Positions 30,931-48,695 of a stretch of DNA of 64,000 nt are shown here, piece after piece; the stretch's first letter is position 1, and every line of letters begins with the position of its first letter. The position numbers and the translations under genes were made by a program. Location of the stretch: the NCBI RefSeq assembly GCF_009914755.1, contig NC_060933.1; one strand, written 5' to 3'. The notes under the pieces are model-generated. The model was not told the DNA's origin and searched no databases. It saw only the letters and a list, made by a program, of their open reading frames with translations. This DNA is from the human T2T-CHM13v2.0 reference genome, Homo sapiens.

Positions 30931-31042
30931 TAGGGCAAAATTGCCCCATGTTGAGAACTACTGCCACAGAAGAATGGGGCCAGATAACCTAGATTTGAGT
31001 CCCAGCTGCACTTACCTACTAGCTGTGTGACATCAGTTTTCT

Positions 31043-31354
31043 GTTTTTTCTTTTTTTTTTGGTGGGTGGGGGAGACAGAGTCTTCCCCTGTCTCCCAGGC
31101 TGCAGGGCAGTGGCGAGATCTTGGCTTACTGCAACCTCCGCCTCCCAGGTTAAAGCAAGGCTCCTGTCTCAGACTCCCGAGTAGCTGGGACCACAGGCGT
31201 GCGCCACCACACCTGGCTCATTTTTGTATTTTTAGTAGAGATGGGGTTTCACCATGTTGGCCAGGCTGGTCTCAAACTCCTGACCTCAGGTGATCCACCC
31301 GTCTCGGCCTCCCAAAGTGCTGGGATTACTGACGTGAGCCACCACACCCGGCCA
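31043..31354 (-). mobile_element. AluS inside a MIR
   Basis: TSD acatcagttt; MIR core resumes ctcatctgtaaaatgg. Confidence 0.92.
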
Positions 31355-31714
31355 ACATCAGTTTCTCATCTGTAAAATGGAGCTAGTAGTAGTACTTACC
31401 CCACGGAATTTTTTTTTTTTGAGAAATAAATGAGATAAAGCACACAAAGTCAAGCAGTTATCAAAGTCCTTGTGATATGGTTCTTAATACTTGTTACCTA
31501 TTGAAAATAAAAGTAAAGTTACATTTAGGATTTGTAAATATGTGGATTAACTTCATGGACAAATGTAGAAAATGACAGTGGTCTCTAAGGAACAAGCCCC
31601 TGGCTAACTTGGAGTAAATAGCACAATCATAATTGTTTAATTATGAACATGCTCTAATTCTCATGCCACTCTTACAAGGTATGTGAGGTCACACAAGAGT
31701 TTCTCCAATAAGTT

Positions 31715-31960
31715 TTTATATATTTATTGAAATGTACTAAAAGTTTCTATTTTATGCTTTTTACATGTAGTAACTCATTTAATGCTCACAGCTACTCTGA
31801 GACATAGATAATATTGTTATTCCCATTTTACAGATGAAGGAACGAGGGCACAGAGAGATTCGAGTTGTCACCCAAGCTCACATAGCACCAGTGACAGAGG
31901 TGAGATTTGAATCAGGCAGCCTCTGTCTAGAGTTCCCTTCCTAACCTCCATTCTATACTG
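31715..31960 (-). mobile_element. MIR
   Basis: cccattttacagatgaaggaacgagggcacagagag. Confidence 0.8.
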
Positions 31961-32224
31961 CTTTCAAAGATCCAGCCCTTCCCTCAAATCACGTTTTCTT
32001 ACTTAGACTAGGGTTTGATTCATGTTTACTCACTGGGAATAAAGGTCAGTTAAACAGAATGAGAGAACAGGAAAGTCTTTCAAAATGATGCTTCTGTCTA
32101 CTTACATTGTCTGTTACTTTAACAACTTAGGGATTCTTGGAGCAAGTAAAGAACCAAATATAAAGACTGCTTTGTGGGAGGTAGCTTGGATCCTTCATCA
32201 TTTTTTTTCCCCCCATAACTCCTG

Positions 32225-32327
32225 AGTTCCACTGGAGACACAGATTCTCTGGGGGTAAGATTAGCGGATTCGTATTTTAACAGACCTCTGGCGGTTCTTC
32301 TCTATGCTAAAGTTTGAGAACACTGCT
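32225..32327. mobile_element. MER5-like fragment
   Basis: tattttaaca..aaagtttgagaacactg terminus. Confidence 0.55.
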
Positions 32328-32876
32328 TTCAGCATTTCTAATCTCATCTCAAATTCATCAGGGAGCTGTTTCCTCCTTCATGAAAAAATCTTTGACTTAA
32401 TGATAGCTACCCAGGCCTACCTTATTAGCTAAAGGGGGCATAGAGACTTAACTCTCAGTGGTTGACAATTATTGTAAAGTAATTCTTGCCGTTATTTTTC
32501 TCCCCTAAGGGTAAACTTAGCAGCAAATGGCATATAGTAACTTAACCAATTGAAAGGGTAACAGCAAAACTAACAACCAAGTTTGCTTTTGATAGGTAGA
32601 ATTGGCTGCCTATAAGGTGTGACATGAAAGTTGAAGGAAGGCTCACTTTTGCAAATATCTTTCCCACTGTTCTGCCAGGGGGAAGCAATTTTTTGGTTTG
32701 GGTTCCCCTAAATTCCAAATATGTTACCTAGGAGGAGTAATAAGTTATACATTAAACTGTTATGATTCAATCACAGCTTTAAAAAGATCGCAAAATTAGC
32801 TCTCAGGTTACTTAGCAAATAACCAATTAAGGTCTTGAGAGGATAATATTTGGGATGGGAAAATTTAGGTGGGTAG

Positions 32877-33310
<434 letters not shown>

Positions 33311-33340
33311 GCATACTTTTTCTATAAAGAACCAGATAGA

Positions 33341-33667
<327 letters not shown>

Positions 33668-34172
33668 TCATGTGGTCTCTGTCGCAACTGCTCAACTCTG
33701 CCATTGTAGTGTGAAAGCAGCCATGGACAATATGTAAACAAAACAGTGTGGCTGTGCTTAGTTATGAATCCTAATATTTGAATTTAATATAATTTTCATG
33801 TTATAAATTTTTAATTATCTTGTTTTTTCTCAACCATTTAAAATATGAAAATTATTCTTAGTTCAGGGCACATATAAAAACAGATGGTAGGCTGGATGGG
33901 CCAGTTTATTGATCCCTGTTCCAAAGCAAAATCAATTTGCTGTTTTCAATACATACTCCATGCTATCCTACTTCTTTACATTTGCTTTCATTATTCCTTC
34001 CACTTACGTAGAAGGAGCCCTACACACCCCAACCTACATGCCCATATGTACCCATCACCTAGTTCAATTATTAGCTTATTTTCAAAGTAAACTCTCATCC
34101 TCTAAGTGCCTTCATCTATACTTCTCTGATGGCCTTGATCATGGCAGATTTGTATTACTTTGTGGTCTGTGA

Positions 34173-34494
<322 letters not shown>

Positions 34495-34662
34495 AGGATG
34501 TTTTATTTTTATATCCTCCATGGCACCGAGCCTAACAGAGTTAGCAAAGTGTCCTAAGTCAAGGAAGAACCATCAGCATTTAGGAAACAGCATAAAGATT
34601 GTACCCGGCCAAAAGTGGAATGAAAGTAGTTAAAAGAGAAGTGAAAACGTTTCTGAACACCT

Positions 34663-35368
<706 letters not shown>

Positions 35369-35622
35369 CCCTCACCACCTGCTTTCCCAAGTTGTGTTAA
35401 CAAATATCTAATATTTATTTAGCACTTGTTATATTCAGCTTTAAATAGATAATTACATTAAACTTTCACAGCAATCTTATAAAATAGGCATTATTATTAT
35501 TCCTTGTACAGATGAAGAAACTGACATCTGGAGAAGTTGAAGTAATTTGCACAAAGATTCACTTGGCTAGTAAGTCATGAAACCAGAATTGAACCCAAGC
35601 AATCTGATTCCAATTCTCTTCT

Positions 35623-36049
35623 CTTTTTTAAAAAAAATTTATATATATACATTTGTTATTATACTTTAAGTTCCAGGGTACACGTGCACAACGTGCAGGT
35701 TTGTTACATATGTATACATGTGCCATGTTGGTGTGCTGCACCCATCAACTCGTCATTTACCTTAGGTATTCCTCCTAATGCCATCCCTCCCCCTCCCCCC
35801 ACCCCATGACAGGCCCCGGTGTGTGATGTTCCCCACCCTGTGTCCAAGTGTTCTCATTGTTCAATTCCCACCTATGAATGAGAACACGTGGTGTTTGGTT
35901 TTCTGTCCTTGAGATAGTTTGCTCAGAATGATGGTTTCCAGCTTCATCCATGTCCCTACAAAGGACATGAACTCATCCTTTTTTATGGCTACATACTATT
36001 CCATGGTGTATATGTGCCACATTTGCTTAATCCAGTCTACCATTGATGG
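35623..36049 (-). mobile_element. L1PA (PA5/6-like) 5'-truncated 3' end inside a MIR
   Basis: ttatactttaagttccagggtacacgtgcacaacgtgcagg..; TSD cca(at/gt)(t/c)ctcttctct. Confidence 0.95.
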
Positions 36050-36599
36050 CCAGTCCTCTTCTCTTAATCACTGTTACCTGTTAGGTTCTTAATCATTCTC
36101 CTTACATTTCACATACCTTAACAGAGAGGAAGAAATGTTGGTTAATGACTTCCTTCTTTGGGGAATGATATTTCCTAAACTGGATTTCTGCTCTCCCAGC
36201 TACTCATTCTTGGTGAACAAGCATAGAATAGTCTACTGCTCAGGTCAGGACAACAGAATCTCTCTCTGGGTCTCCTGCCCTTCATCCTTCTCTGATTCCT
36301 AAGGTGGGGGAGCTTGGAAGCTTTATGTTAGCCTTTAAAGAGTATGGCCTTCATGAAAGTCTGTTCCCCTGAGCAGCTCTATTTGAATGCATTTAATAAC
36401 TGTAGCTTCTAGTTTCCAATAAGGAAAATAAATAAGAGGAAACACAACTGCAGGCAGCACTGGGATGATGTCAACAATGGAAATATCAGCATGGTTCCTG
36501 GAAAAGTCATGGAGAGCAAAGTGCTCAAGAGCCATTGAAATCCTTTCATAGGAATAGGTTCTGAGGACCAAATGTTGTTAGAGTCTTCAGGGAAGCAAG

Positions 36600-36812
36600 A
36601 TAGCACAGTGGTTAAGAGCATGAGTGCACTTGGGTCTAGGTTTGAATATCCTGGCATTATCACTTACTAGCTCTGTGACTGAGCAAATAACCTTGAGTCT
36701 CAGTTTTCTCATCTTCAAAGTGGGGAATAAAAATATTACCTACTTCATAGGTAATATTTATGTAGAACACTTGCACACGTAAGCCCTCAATATTATCAAA
36801 GCGTTAGCTGTT
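36600..36812 (+). mobile_element. MIR
   Basis: agtggttaagagcatg..cacttactagctctgtgac..tacctacttcatagg. Confidence 0.85.
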
Positions 36813-36915
36813 AAATTGTGTATGAAAGTCTTGAATGAAGGTTTTCACTCACCGCCTTTTCTCTCACCACCACCCTTACTCCTTTCCCTTTTACTAAATA
36901 TAATTTTGCCACTTT

Positions 36916-37238
<323 letters not shown>

Positions 37239-38139
37239 CTATGGAGACCAAAAGTAAGTCAGCAAGAATAAAAAGAAGAATGCACAAAGCTTACACAAAC
37301 TTTCCTTGAAAAATAATTACAAAAATAAAAAATGTTTTCAGAAAAAAGAAATTTTACATTACCAAAATCAAGATTATTTTACTCTATTCTAACCCAACAG
37401 ATACAGGTTATTTCATAACCCCATTATGTGGAAATTTAGGTAGGGCCATTTTCATCACTTAATTCCTCTCATCCCCCACTCCTGCTGCCTCCTAGAAGCA
37501 TTCATTATCTCAAGATAATTTCACTGATTATTGAGGCATTATTATTCTGTCGCTTCTATTGTGACCTCTTCATTTCTGAAATCACTCCTTTGCTTCAAAG
37601 ATGACACACTGGTAAGGATACTAATTTTCCCCTACTCTTGTATTAACCAGGTCCCATAGCCCCAGCATCTGAAATTTGAAAAACCAGAATGTATAATACC
37701 ATTAGTAGAAAATAGCATATGTAGCAGTCATTGCAACAGCCATTTTGCTGATAACACTTCATGCTTTCTTATCACTGTTTTCTATCACCATTACTTTCAA
37801 AGCATTTTCTGTCTGCTTGATACAGATTACATGCATATGGATTTTTGTATAGTAATGCTTATGGAATATAGTATTATATACTCTTCATATTTGGTATTAT
37901 TTGTTGATGGATTGAGACCCAGGGAGCATTAAATAACTGCCGAAGCTAGTGCAGTGAATTTATTGTGAAACCTTGAATCCAGAATCTAGATTTTGACTCT
38001 CCACTCTTGAGCTTATGGTAGAACTATATGCCTTAGCCCTTGCAAGCAACAAAGAGTATCACTGGGCTTTAACATAGTTACTATAGTACCTCCTTTTCCT
38101 TAGTCTGCTTAATTCTATCCCATCCTAAAGAACTTTATC

Positions 38140-38690
38140 TTGGTCTGTCCTGTCACTCTGTCTTCCCTGCAAAGTTTCCCTTCATACCTTCATTCTTTCC
38201 CTTACCCTACTGGCATCTGATTCCATCTTCAGCCACTCTACTAACCACTGTTATCGTCAAAGTCAGCGATGAACTCCTTGCCAGATCTCCATGAGGCCCC
38301 TTCTCAGTCCTTAATTGATTCCATATTATCTGAGATGATAGAGCATGGACACCTTCTCAAAATTCTTTTCTCCCGCTATTTAGCCTTGCTCACCTGTTCT
38401 GATCTTTGCCCTGTGACTGTTCTTCTGAAAACTCCTTTTTGTTAGTAAAGATTTATTGAGCATTACTGTGGAACAGACATCATGTTAAACACTTTACCTG
38501 AGTAATTTAAGGGTCAGCCTTTCTATCGTGCAAGAATCATCTTTCCCTAATTATTTTTTGGGAGCTAGGTGTGTGTCACATTCCACTCCCATGTTTATCT
38601 GCACTGCTGCTTGCTTCATCTCTGTCACCAGCCCCTAAAGACTGTGAAATCTGAACACAGATAGTTACCACTTTGATGGGTCCCAAAATG
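38140..38690 (+). mobile_element. L2 fragments
   Basis: tcaaagtcagcgatgaactccttgccagatc..ttctcagtcctta; agactgtgaa. Confidence 0.45.
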
Positions 38691-41058
38691 TGTAAATCAG
38701 AGATTTGGAGATTTTTTCAACTTTGGGAGGAAAAATGTGGGACATGGTAGTCCGGTCCTTACAGGGGCACACAAAAGATAGCTTCCCTCATAACAAAATT
38801 AATTCATGATACCATAGATCCCAAACAGTTTTTCTGAAAACTCAGTTATAGGATCTGAGTGATGTACGAATGAGTGTTAAAGGTTTTTACATGTGAAGGT
38901 GTTGTCCTTCATTGTGGCTCTTGCATTTTGCTAGAGGCCAAAAAAAAACAAACAAACAAACAAAAAAAACAAAAAACAAAAAATCCTTTTCCAAGGAAAA
39001 ATTCCCTTCTTTAAAGGGAACTACATATTGAAAACTTATGTGGGAGGTTTGGGTGTCCCCAGTCTTGGGTCACTACCCAGAAAAAGAGAGCATGCTAGAA
39101 AGCCTTCAGGCATTCTACAGGAGAAAATCCCATGTTTAGGTTTTAAAGCCCCTCTATTTTCCCCCTGATCCTTTCCTGTTATTCTTTGCTACCCCAATTG
39201 TCTGTCCTCTTAAACAATGATTCCAATATTCCCCAGACCTGGGATATGGGTCTGGTTTTTTTGAAACAGAAAAAGCAATTACTCCATCACAGAAATGGTG
39301 TGTGATATGAGAGAACCAGATTACAACATCAGTCTTCTCTCAATTCTCCACCCCCTCATTCCTTACAAAGGGATTGTTCTTGCTCCTTAATATCTCTGGA
39401 GTCAGCCTTTGGGTGTAGGAGAGCAGCTCGGGAGAGAGTGCTAACATGAGCAGAAATGGCTTGTCTCTGTTCAGGATTCTAATGCAATCCAGGTCTCCCT
39501 GCGTTGCTATGCTGTATACATTCTCCATCCTTACCATTATGCAAAGCCATATAAAGACCCATCCGCCTCGATGTGCTGTGCCCCCAAATACAAACATGAG
39601 GACTTTGACCTTCATGTGTTGTGACTTAGCACAGACATCACACCCAACTTAAGTTTTTTCTTTATTTAACATTTCCTTCACTCTGAGTGAACGTTCTGTC
39701 TCCTTACATACTTGGAACCATCTAGATTCTCCTTTCACTTAAATGATCAAAAATGCTCAGGATTTTGCCTTAAAGAAAACTTGTCATTTGGCTTCTTTGT
39801 CATCTATTGATTAAGATTGGAAGCTATTTGGTCTTAGTGACAGTCTCTCGGCTTTGCTACAACACCTAATACAAGAATTCTCCACTCATTAAATCATAAC
39901 CCCCTTTGGCTGAACTTGTTCAAGGAATAAAACAAATGCTTCATCACATAGAATTGTGATTTCTTAGCCAGTATAAGATTTAATGGGCATTTTTTAGTCA
40001 CGGTTATAGTTACTGTTTACCAACCTTAAAAATTAATTTCAGTATTGTATTTCATTTAGTCATCTGTCCCCTTTAAAAATGGCAACAAATAATACTGGAA
40101 GATAGCTTTTCTTGGGTTTGTTTATTGGATTATCTTTAAGAGCCCTGTTTTTGTATTTATCGCCAGGGCTCAAGCACAGTCAAATCATCATTAATTAAAA
40201 TGTGCAAGGCACCTACAAGCAGCATAAATAAATCAGAATGGAGAGGCCAGCCTCGTCTGAGTGTCTTGCGATGTGGGTTAGCCTAGAGGAAAGGCATGCT
40301 CTCTGAAAATCAGAAAAGAGCTTTTTCCACCCAGTTAAAAGCAAGGAAATATGAAGCCACTGATTGTCCAAGAGAAAGGTCTTTTCAGGCCCCTCCAAGG
40401 GTTAACTTTATGACAAAATGAAAGATTATCCTCTGCCATCTGTCGCTGAAACCCTGTCTCCATTTTATATTCAAGCCTTGGAGCAAGGAGAAACTAAAGG
40501 AAATGGAGAGACTTTAAATGTAACTAGGAGCTGTTTCATAAGTTGATTTCTCATTTGTCTTCATCAGAAAGATTTCAAGATTGGGCCATTTAATAGACTC
40601 TCACTGACATCTGAGGGGAAGATGAGCAGTCAACTGTTGGAGATACTTGGAAGAGGAATGCATTCTGCTGTGGGGATTGATGGGAAAATAAGGAGGAGAC
40701 AGAACTCTAGGTCGTAACATGGAGACTGATTAAACTAAAAGCCCAAGAAGCCGGTGCTTCTTGGAACAATGGCTTCTGTGGCCCTGTGGAGGCAGCATCC
40801 TGCATCCATCCAGGGAAAGACAGGTGGCGCTCTACAGGGAAAGGTGAAGTGGCCAAGGTGGTGTTCTTGAGAAAGGCAATTGTGAGAGTCTTCTCACATT
40901 GTAGGGGTTCAGTTCTGAGGAGAAAGAACATTTGTCAATGAAACAAACTGTGAGGAAATCACAGCCTTTATGATGAAACGACCTTCTCAAAGCTTGATTC
41001 CTCCGGCTCCATCATTATCATTTACCAGAAGTTCATCTGACGGGTGTGTTGCGCCTCA

Positions 41059-41478
<420 letters not shown>

Positions 41479-41859
41479 TTATGAAGTAGATGGGCTGTTA
41501 GTTCCACTCTAGTGCAAGAACCACTCCCTCTTTCCTCTCCGCCTCAGAGTTTACCTATTTATTCCAGAAACAAAGGCACAGACGTCATTGTCACGTTGTG
41601 CACTTGAATTTCAACTCCGAACTGACCACAGTTAAGCTTGAAGCAAATTGAAAGACTCTGGGTAGATAGTATGGGAAAGTCTAAACAAAACATTGGTGGC
41701 CAGGAAGAATGCCTCATGGTGACATGTAAGGAGGCCAGCCAATGCCCAGACAAGACAAGGAGAGCCTCAGGAAAGACAGGTTAGTGGCCACACCCTCTGA
41801 GTTCTCATCCTGTCCTATTGAAGAGGAAATGAGTCTCTGAATAAGAGTCTTTCTCCTCA

Positions 41860-42045
41860 TCTAGAATCCTAAAATGTTAAAGCTGGAAAGAACCTGAATA
41901 TACTGTCTAAAGCCAAGCCTTCATTTTACAGGTGAAGAAAACTGAGGGTCTTAGAGGTCAAGGCACTAGTCTGTGGTCACACAGCTGCTTCACGGCAGAC
42001 CCAGAAGTAGCCTGCGGTTTTCCTGAGGCTCAGTTCACATCTCTC
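41860..42045 (-). mobile_element. MIR
   Basis: tcattttacaggtgaagaaaactgagg..ggtcacacagct. Confidence 0.75.
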
Positions 42046-42089
42046 TGCTCTGAGGAGCCATTTATTTTATTTTAATTCTTTTAAAAAAT

Positions 42090-42511
<422 letters not shown>

Positions 42512-42659
42512 TGAACAATTTATTTCCTAATCATCATGAAGAGAAGAAAAATAATTATTTATTCTCTGTTCATGTAAGTATGTCCAAGTAATTTATTAAG
42601 GAGTAAGAAAAGAGGACTAAAACCCTTAACTAAAAATGAAGTAAAAAGTTTAGATTTCT

Positions 42660-43161
<502 letters not shown>

Positions 43162-43603
43162 TGTTACTTTCTTTTTAATAAAATTCTCTATTATTTCTAG
43201 AGTATGGCCAGACATGGTACATAAACCTTCAAAAGTGTCCTGGCGTGTCCATCTCTCCTCCTACCCAATAAATCACGTTATTCTCATCTCCATTTCCAGT
43301 TACCCTCTGAAATTTCCCAATTCTGGTAATATTCCCTTTAAATGTTAGGAGAATGCAAATTCATTTTTAAAATTCCTGTATCCACTTAGCAAATTATAGC
43401 TAAAGCTAAAATTTCAATACTTCATCAATCTTATTTCTAAATAGAAAACAGGTAAGTACAGGCAAGTCTGAATTATAGAACTTTTTGAAAGAAATTTAAT
43501 TGACTTAATTACAACAAATGAGTTTACAAGATATAAAAAAAGAGATGTTGGGAGTGGGCGGCTGGATAAGAATGAGCTGTAATCACCATAAGAATTATTT
43601 TCA

Positions 43604-44029
<426 letters not shown>

Positions 44030-44707
44030 TTAGGACTCAGACTGTAAGATTTACAGAGCTCTGAAGAAATGTCTTCCTTTTAAGACTATGAATTTATGGA
44101 AGCATCTGAAAATTAAAAAGCACATAAAATAGTCATTTGCTAAATGCATCAAACCCTCGGGGGCTCTAATGAACAGTTGTGTTGAACTGGATACATAAAG
44201 CTTTCCATTTGTTGTTACCTCCAAAATCCTTGTCAAAGTTGTCATCATCCTGAAGGCCTGACTCATTTTTAGCGTATCTGAGCAGGCTGTTCCTATCTGT
44301 CAGTTATAATTGTTCTTCTCATTTCTCTAGTCATTTTGGTGAAGTTTCCCCCGGCTGCACAGCCCACCACACCTCCTCCCCCAGTTGTCCCAACTGACAC
44401 ACCTGGATTTGGTATTTGCTAAGATGTCCAGTTGTGAGCTCCCCCACTTCATTCTGGATGTGGCTCATCACAAACTGGCCACTGCTCTAGATTCGCCAGA
44501 TTGGTGCCACTGAAACCTTTTTCCTTTTTAAAGAATTTTATATGAACTGATGAGGTTTCTTCTAGATGATTTTCCCCATATGTTGTTACATTTTTTGTGA
44601 ATAAAATAACCAATAATTCCTGGTGGACAATGCAGGATGTTTTAATAACTTTATTAGCTAGTTTCCCAACTTTGGAGTACATAGTTACTATTTTTTCCTC
44701 TAAAGTA

Positions 44708-45064
<357 letters not shown>

Positions 45065-45138
45065 TCACTCGCTGCTTTTTGTTGTTGTTGTCACTGATTT
45101 TTCTCTTTCTTTTAAGTATTTAAGAAAATAAGATGCTG

Positions 45139-45461
45139 GGCTGGGCGTGGTGGCTCACACCTGTAATCCCAGCACTCTGGGAGGCCTAGGCAGGCGGATC
45201 GCTTGAGGTCAGGAATTCGAGACCAGCCTGGCCAACATGGTGAAACTCTGTCTCTAGTAAAAATACAAAAAATTAGCCAGGCATGGTGTGTGCGCCTGTA
45301 ATCCCAGCTACTCAGGTGGCTGAGGCAGGAGAATTGCTGGAACCCCTGAGGCAGAGGTTGCGGTGAGCCGAGATCGCCTCACCACACTCCAGCCTGGGAG
45401 ACAGAGTGAGACTCCGTCTCAAAAAAAAAAAAAAAAGAAAAGAAAAGAGAGAGAGAGAGAA
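45139..45461 (+). mobile_element. AluS
   Basis: Full dimer with A/GA tail. Confidence 0.92.
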
Positions 45462-45911
45462 ACAAGCATGGTGGTGAGCCAGGCACTGTGAAATGTGCTG
45501 GGGAATACAAAGATGAGCACATCACAAACAGTCTTTGATTCCAAGGGCTTTAAATACACAGTTAGTTTTCTTACCGTTAGATGATGCTGTAAACTTGCAT
45601 GATCCGTAGCCTGCATTAGGGAACTGGGCCATGAAGTAGTAATGCAGTGGAACCTCATCCATTTATTCACATCACACTGGGTAGGCTCTCCTTCCTCTGA
45701 TGACTATGCCACTGGAAAATGTGGTCCCAGAGTCACTCTAGCAGAGAAATGAGAGGAAGGAGTTTCAAGCGGAACGTTTTCAAGGGTCAAACTTAGAAGT
45801 GACTTACGTTCATTCTACCCACCATTCCTGGCTCAGACTCTGACACACAGCTAACTGCAAGGAAACCTGAGGATTGTTATCTTACAATGTGCAGAAGTAG
45901 AGGAACTGGGG

Positions 45912-46430
45912 TGATATTAAAGAAAAAATGATTTGCGACATTTGTGAAAATGGTAAGGTGGACTTTATTCAGGACCATCATGATAGGTATAGCAACTACC
46001 GAAATGGAGTTGCACAGCAGTGGAGGGAGATTGGACTCAACTCTGTGTACAGCAAGGAAAAGTGGGAATGTATAGCCAAGAAGCACAGTGGATGGAAAAA
46101 GAAATACAAGGAATGGTTACTAAGAGGAAACATCAGAGGTAAGAGAGGATTCTAGCTAACCGACCTAACAGGGTTCTTGCTGAAGGGAGATCTTCAGCAA
46201 GAAGAAGGGTTCTTGCTAGGGTGATCGGAAATCACCTGGGGGATGGTGAGAGATGAATTTGGTCAGAAATTAAGAGTGATCAGATAGCAAGGATGAGGGA
46301 TCATGGCTAAACCAGCTTAGCAGAATTCTTGCTAAAATCAGGCTCTTGAGGACAGGCCCAAGCGTGGGCCCTGTTGAAAAAGAGCTCAAAGGGGCTTGCT
46401 AGAATTTTGTCAAGAAGAGAGTCTTTGTCA
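45912..46430 (-). mobile_element. ERV1 solo LTR (MER31/MER67-like)
   Basis: Minus strand begins TGACAAAGACTCTCT and ends CA; AATAAA near the 3' end; family from memory. Confidence 0.7.
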
Positions 46431-46779
46431 GTAGCAAGCACTTAGCATTGTTTCTGTTGCATAACCAGAGATCATTTCCTCTGAATGTTTCATAGTGTGT
46501 ATCAACATGTAAAATCAATGTCAATATTTCCCACAACCATGGTAAACTAAATGTTTTTGTGGTCATAATGGAACTTCTCAAAGAGAGCTATTTATTCCTT
46601 TATTGAATCTGTCACATCAAAGAAGTGGTGCACATTGATAAAGTTTTTATCTGTGGCTAAAATCTTTGTAACTAATATTCATGTAAAAGCATACCTGAAT
46701 TATAGTCAACATAATTGTTCTTTCTGCATCATATTTTAATAGTTAAAGCAAGATTCTTTGGCCACACTTTCTAATTCTT

Positions 46780-47080
46780 CTTTTATTTATTTATTTATTT
46801 TTGAGACAGAGTTTTGCTCTTGTTGCCCAGGTTGGAGTGCTATGGCGCAATCTCAGCTCACCGCAGCCTCCGCCTCCCAGGTTAAAGAAATTCTCCTGCC
46901 TCTGCCTCCCGAGTAGCTGAGATTACAGGCATGCACCATTACGCCCGGCTAATTTTGTATTTTTAGTAGAGACGGGGTTTTTCCATGTTGAGGCTGGTCT
47001 CGAACTCCTGACCTCAGGTGATCTGCCCACCTCAGCCTACCAAATGCTGGGATTACAGGCGTGAGCCACCACGCCCGGCC
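46780..47080 (-). mobile_element. AluSp-like
   Basis: TSD cacactttcta. Confidence 0.95.
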
Positions 47081-47110
47081 CACACTTTCTAGTTCTTATT
47101 GTGTCCTCAA

Positions 47111-47750
47111 TGTAGTTGGTTAAATTGTGTCTCCCAAAAAGATATGCTGGAGTCCTAATCACCCGTACCTGTGAATGTGACTTTATTTGGAAATAGGATT
47201 GCAGAGATAATCAAATTAAGGTGAGGGTACACTAGAATAAGGTGTGCTTTCAATCTAATGACTATTATCTTACTGAGAGAAAGAAGATGGAGATTTGGAT
47301 ACAGACACACACAGACTCACAGGAAGAAGGCCATGAAGACAGAGGCAGAGATTGAGATATGTAGCTGCAAACCAAAGAACTTTAAGATTTGCTGACAACC
47401 ATAAGAAATTAGGAGAGAGGCACGAAATGAATTTTTTCTTAGAGCCTCCAGAAGGAACCTACACTGCTGACACCTTGATTTTCTTTTTATTTTATTTTAT
47501 TTTATTTTATTTTTTTATTTTATAGAGAGGGGGTCTTGCTCTTTTGCCCAGGCCGGTCTTAAACTCCTGGGCTCAAGTGATGCTCCCACTTCTCTCCTCC
47601 AAAGTGCCGGGATTACAGGTGTGAGCCACCATGCCTGGCCAACATCTTGATTTCAAACTTCTAGCCTCAAGAACTGTAAGAGAATAAATTTCAGTTGTTT
47701 TAAGGAACCCATCCTGTGGCAATTTGTTACAGTAGTCCTAGGAAATTTGT
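47111..47750 (+). mobile_element. MLT1C solo LTR split by a FLAM
   Basis: tgtagttggttaaattgtgtctccc..tgtgaatgtgactttatttgga..gtcctaggaaa. Confidence 0.85.
47484..47640 (-). mobile_element. FLAM_C monomer
   Basis: Left arm only; TSD aca(c/t)cttgattt. Confidence 0.85.
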
Positions 47751-48351
47751 GCTCCACTTACAAAGAATCTGGTCTTTAAGTGAGAGAGATGCCATCTTTA
47801 GGGTCTTACTTTGTGCAAGGCACTGTTAGACATTGGTGATTCAAAGAAAGTGCAAGGAGCTTATAAACTACTGAAAGTGAAAGACATGTAATTAGATATA
47901 TTTGAATTCAACTGTGGAAAAGCATTTTCGTCTTTTAGAATCCCCAACCCCAAAAAAGAATATAAAAGATTGTGTTATACGTTACTACTTCTTATTCTTC
48001 CTCTAATAGTCAAACTACCCACTTCAATTCAATACTTATCTATTGCCTAACTATAATCTTTTGAGACATTAAGTATATTACTGATATCATACAAACTATG
48101 ATACAGGAAATATCCTATTTGTTTATGCTCAGTCTTAAGGGAAAGTTATTGATGTGTTTATTAACACTTTTATGATTTAGAATGTTGCTACAAGCTAAAA
48201 AGTGTGGAACAGTTGATAATTTTTGGAAATCAATTCATATCCAGAAAACAAGGGCAAATCAAAAACAATTATTCATGATGCAGGTTGGTTTTTGAGGTCA
48301 AACAAAACAGTTGTTTTGTGTTTGAGATGGGATGTCCAGCTTAGAATATCT

Positions 48352-48695
48352 CTGCCTTAGTCTGTTCAGGCTGTCTCAACAAAACACCATAAGCTGGGTT
48401 GCTCATTCACAACAAAAATTTATTTCTCACTGTTCTAGGGGCTGGGAAGTTCAAGATCCAGGCCTCAGAAGATTTGGGGTTTGGTGAGGGCCATCTTCTC
48501 ACTGTAGCCTTACATGGTGGAAGAGGTAAGGCAGCTCTCTGGAACCTCTTTTATAAGGGCACTAATCCCTTTCATGAGAACTCAGCCCTTATGAACTCAT
48601 CGCCTCCTAAATTCTCTACCTCCTAACACCATCACTTTGACAATCAGATTTCAACATATGAATTTGTGGGAGTCACCAGCATTGAGACTATAGCA
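48352..48695 (-). mobile_element. MLT1A0-like solo LTR
   Basis: ttagtctgttcaggctg..aagggcactaatcccttt..gactatagca. Confidence 0.85.

Larger units (their letters stand above)
29705..30963. mobile_element. MER20 (hAT-Charlie) split into three pieces by two LTRs
   Basis: cagggtttctcaacctcagcac | agcactggtgacatttgggctggataatt..aaaatgtctctagacactg | gggcaaaattgcccc..ttgagaactactg. Confidence 0.85.

Noticed and set aside
45928-46155. 75-aa ORF with CxxC
   Set aside because: Antisense reading of a solo LTR; no domain recognised
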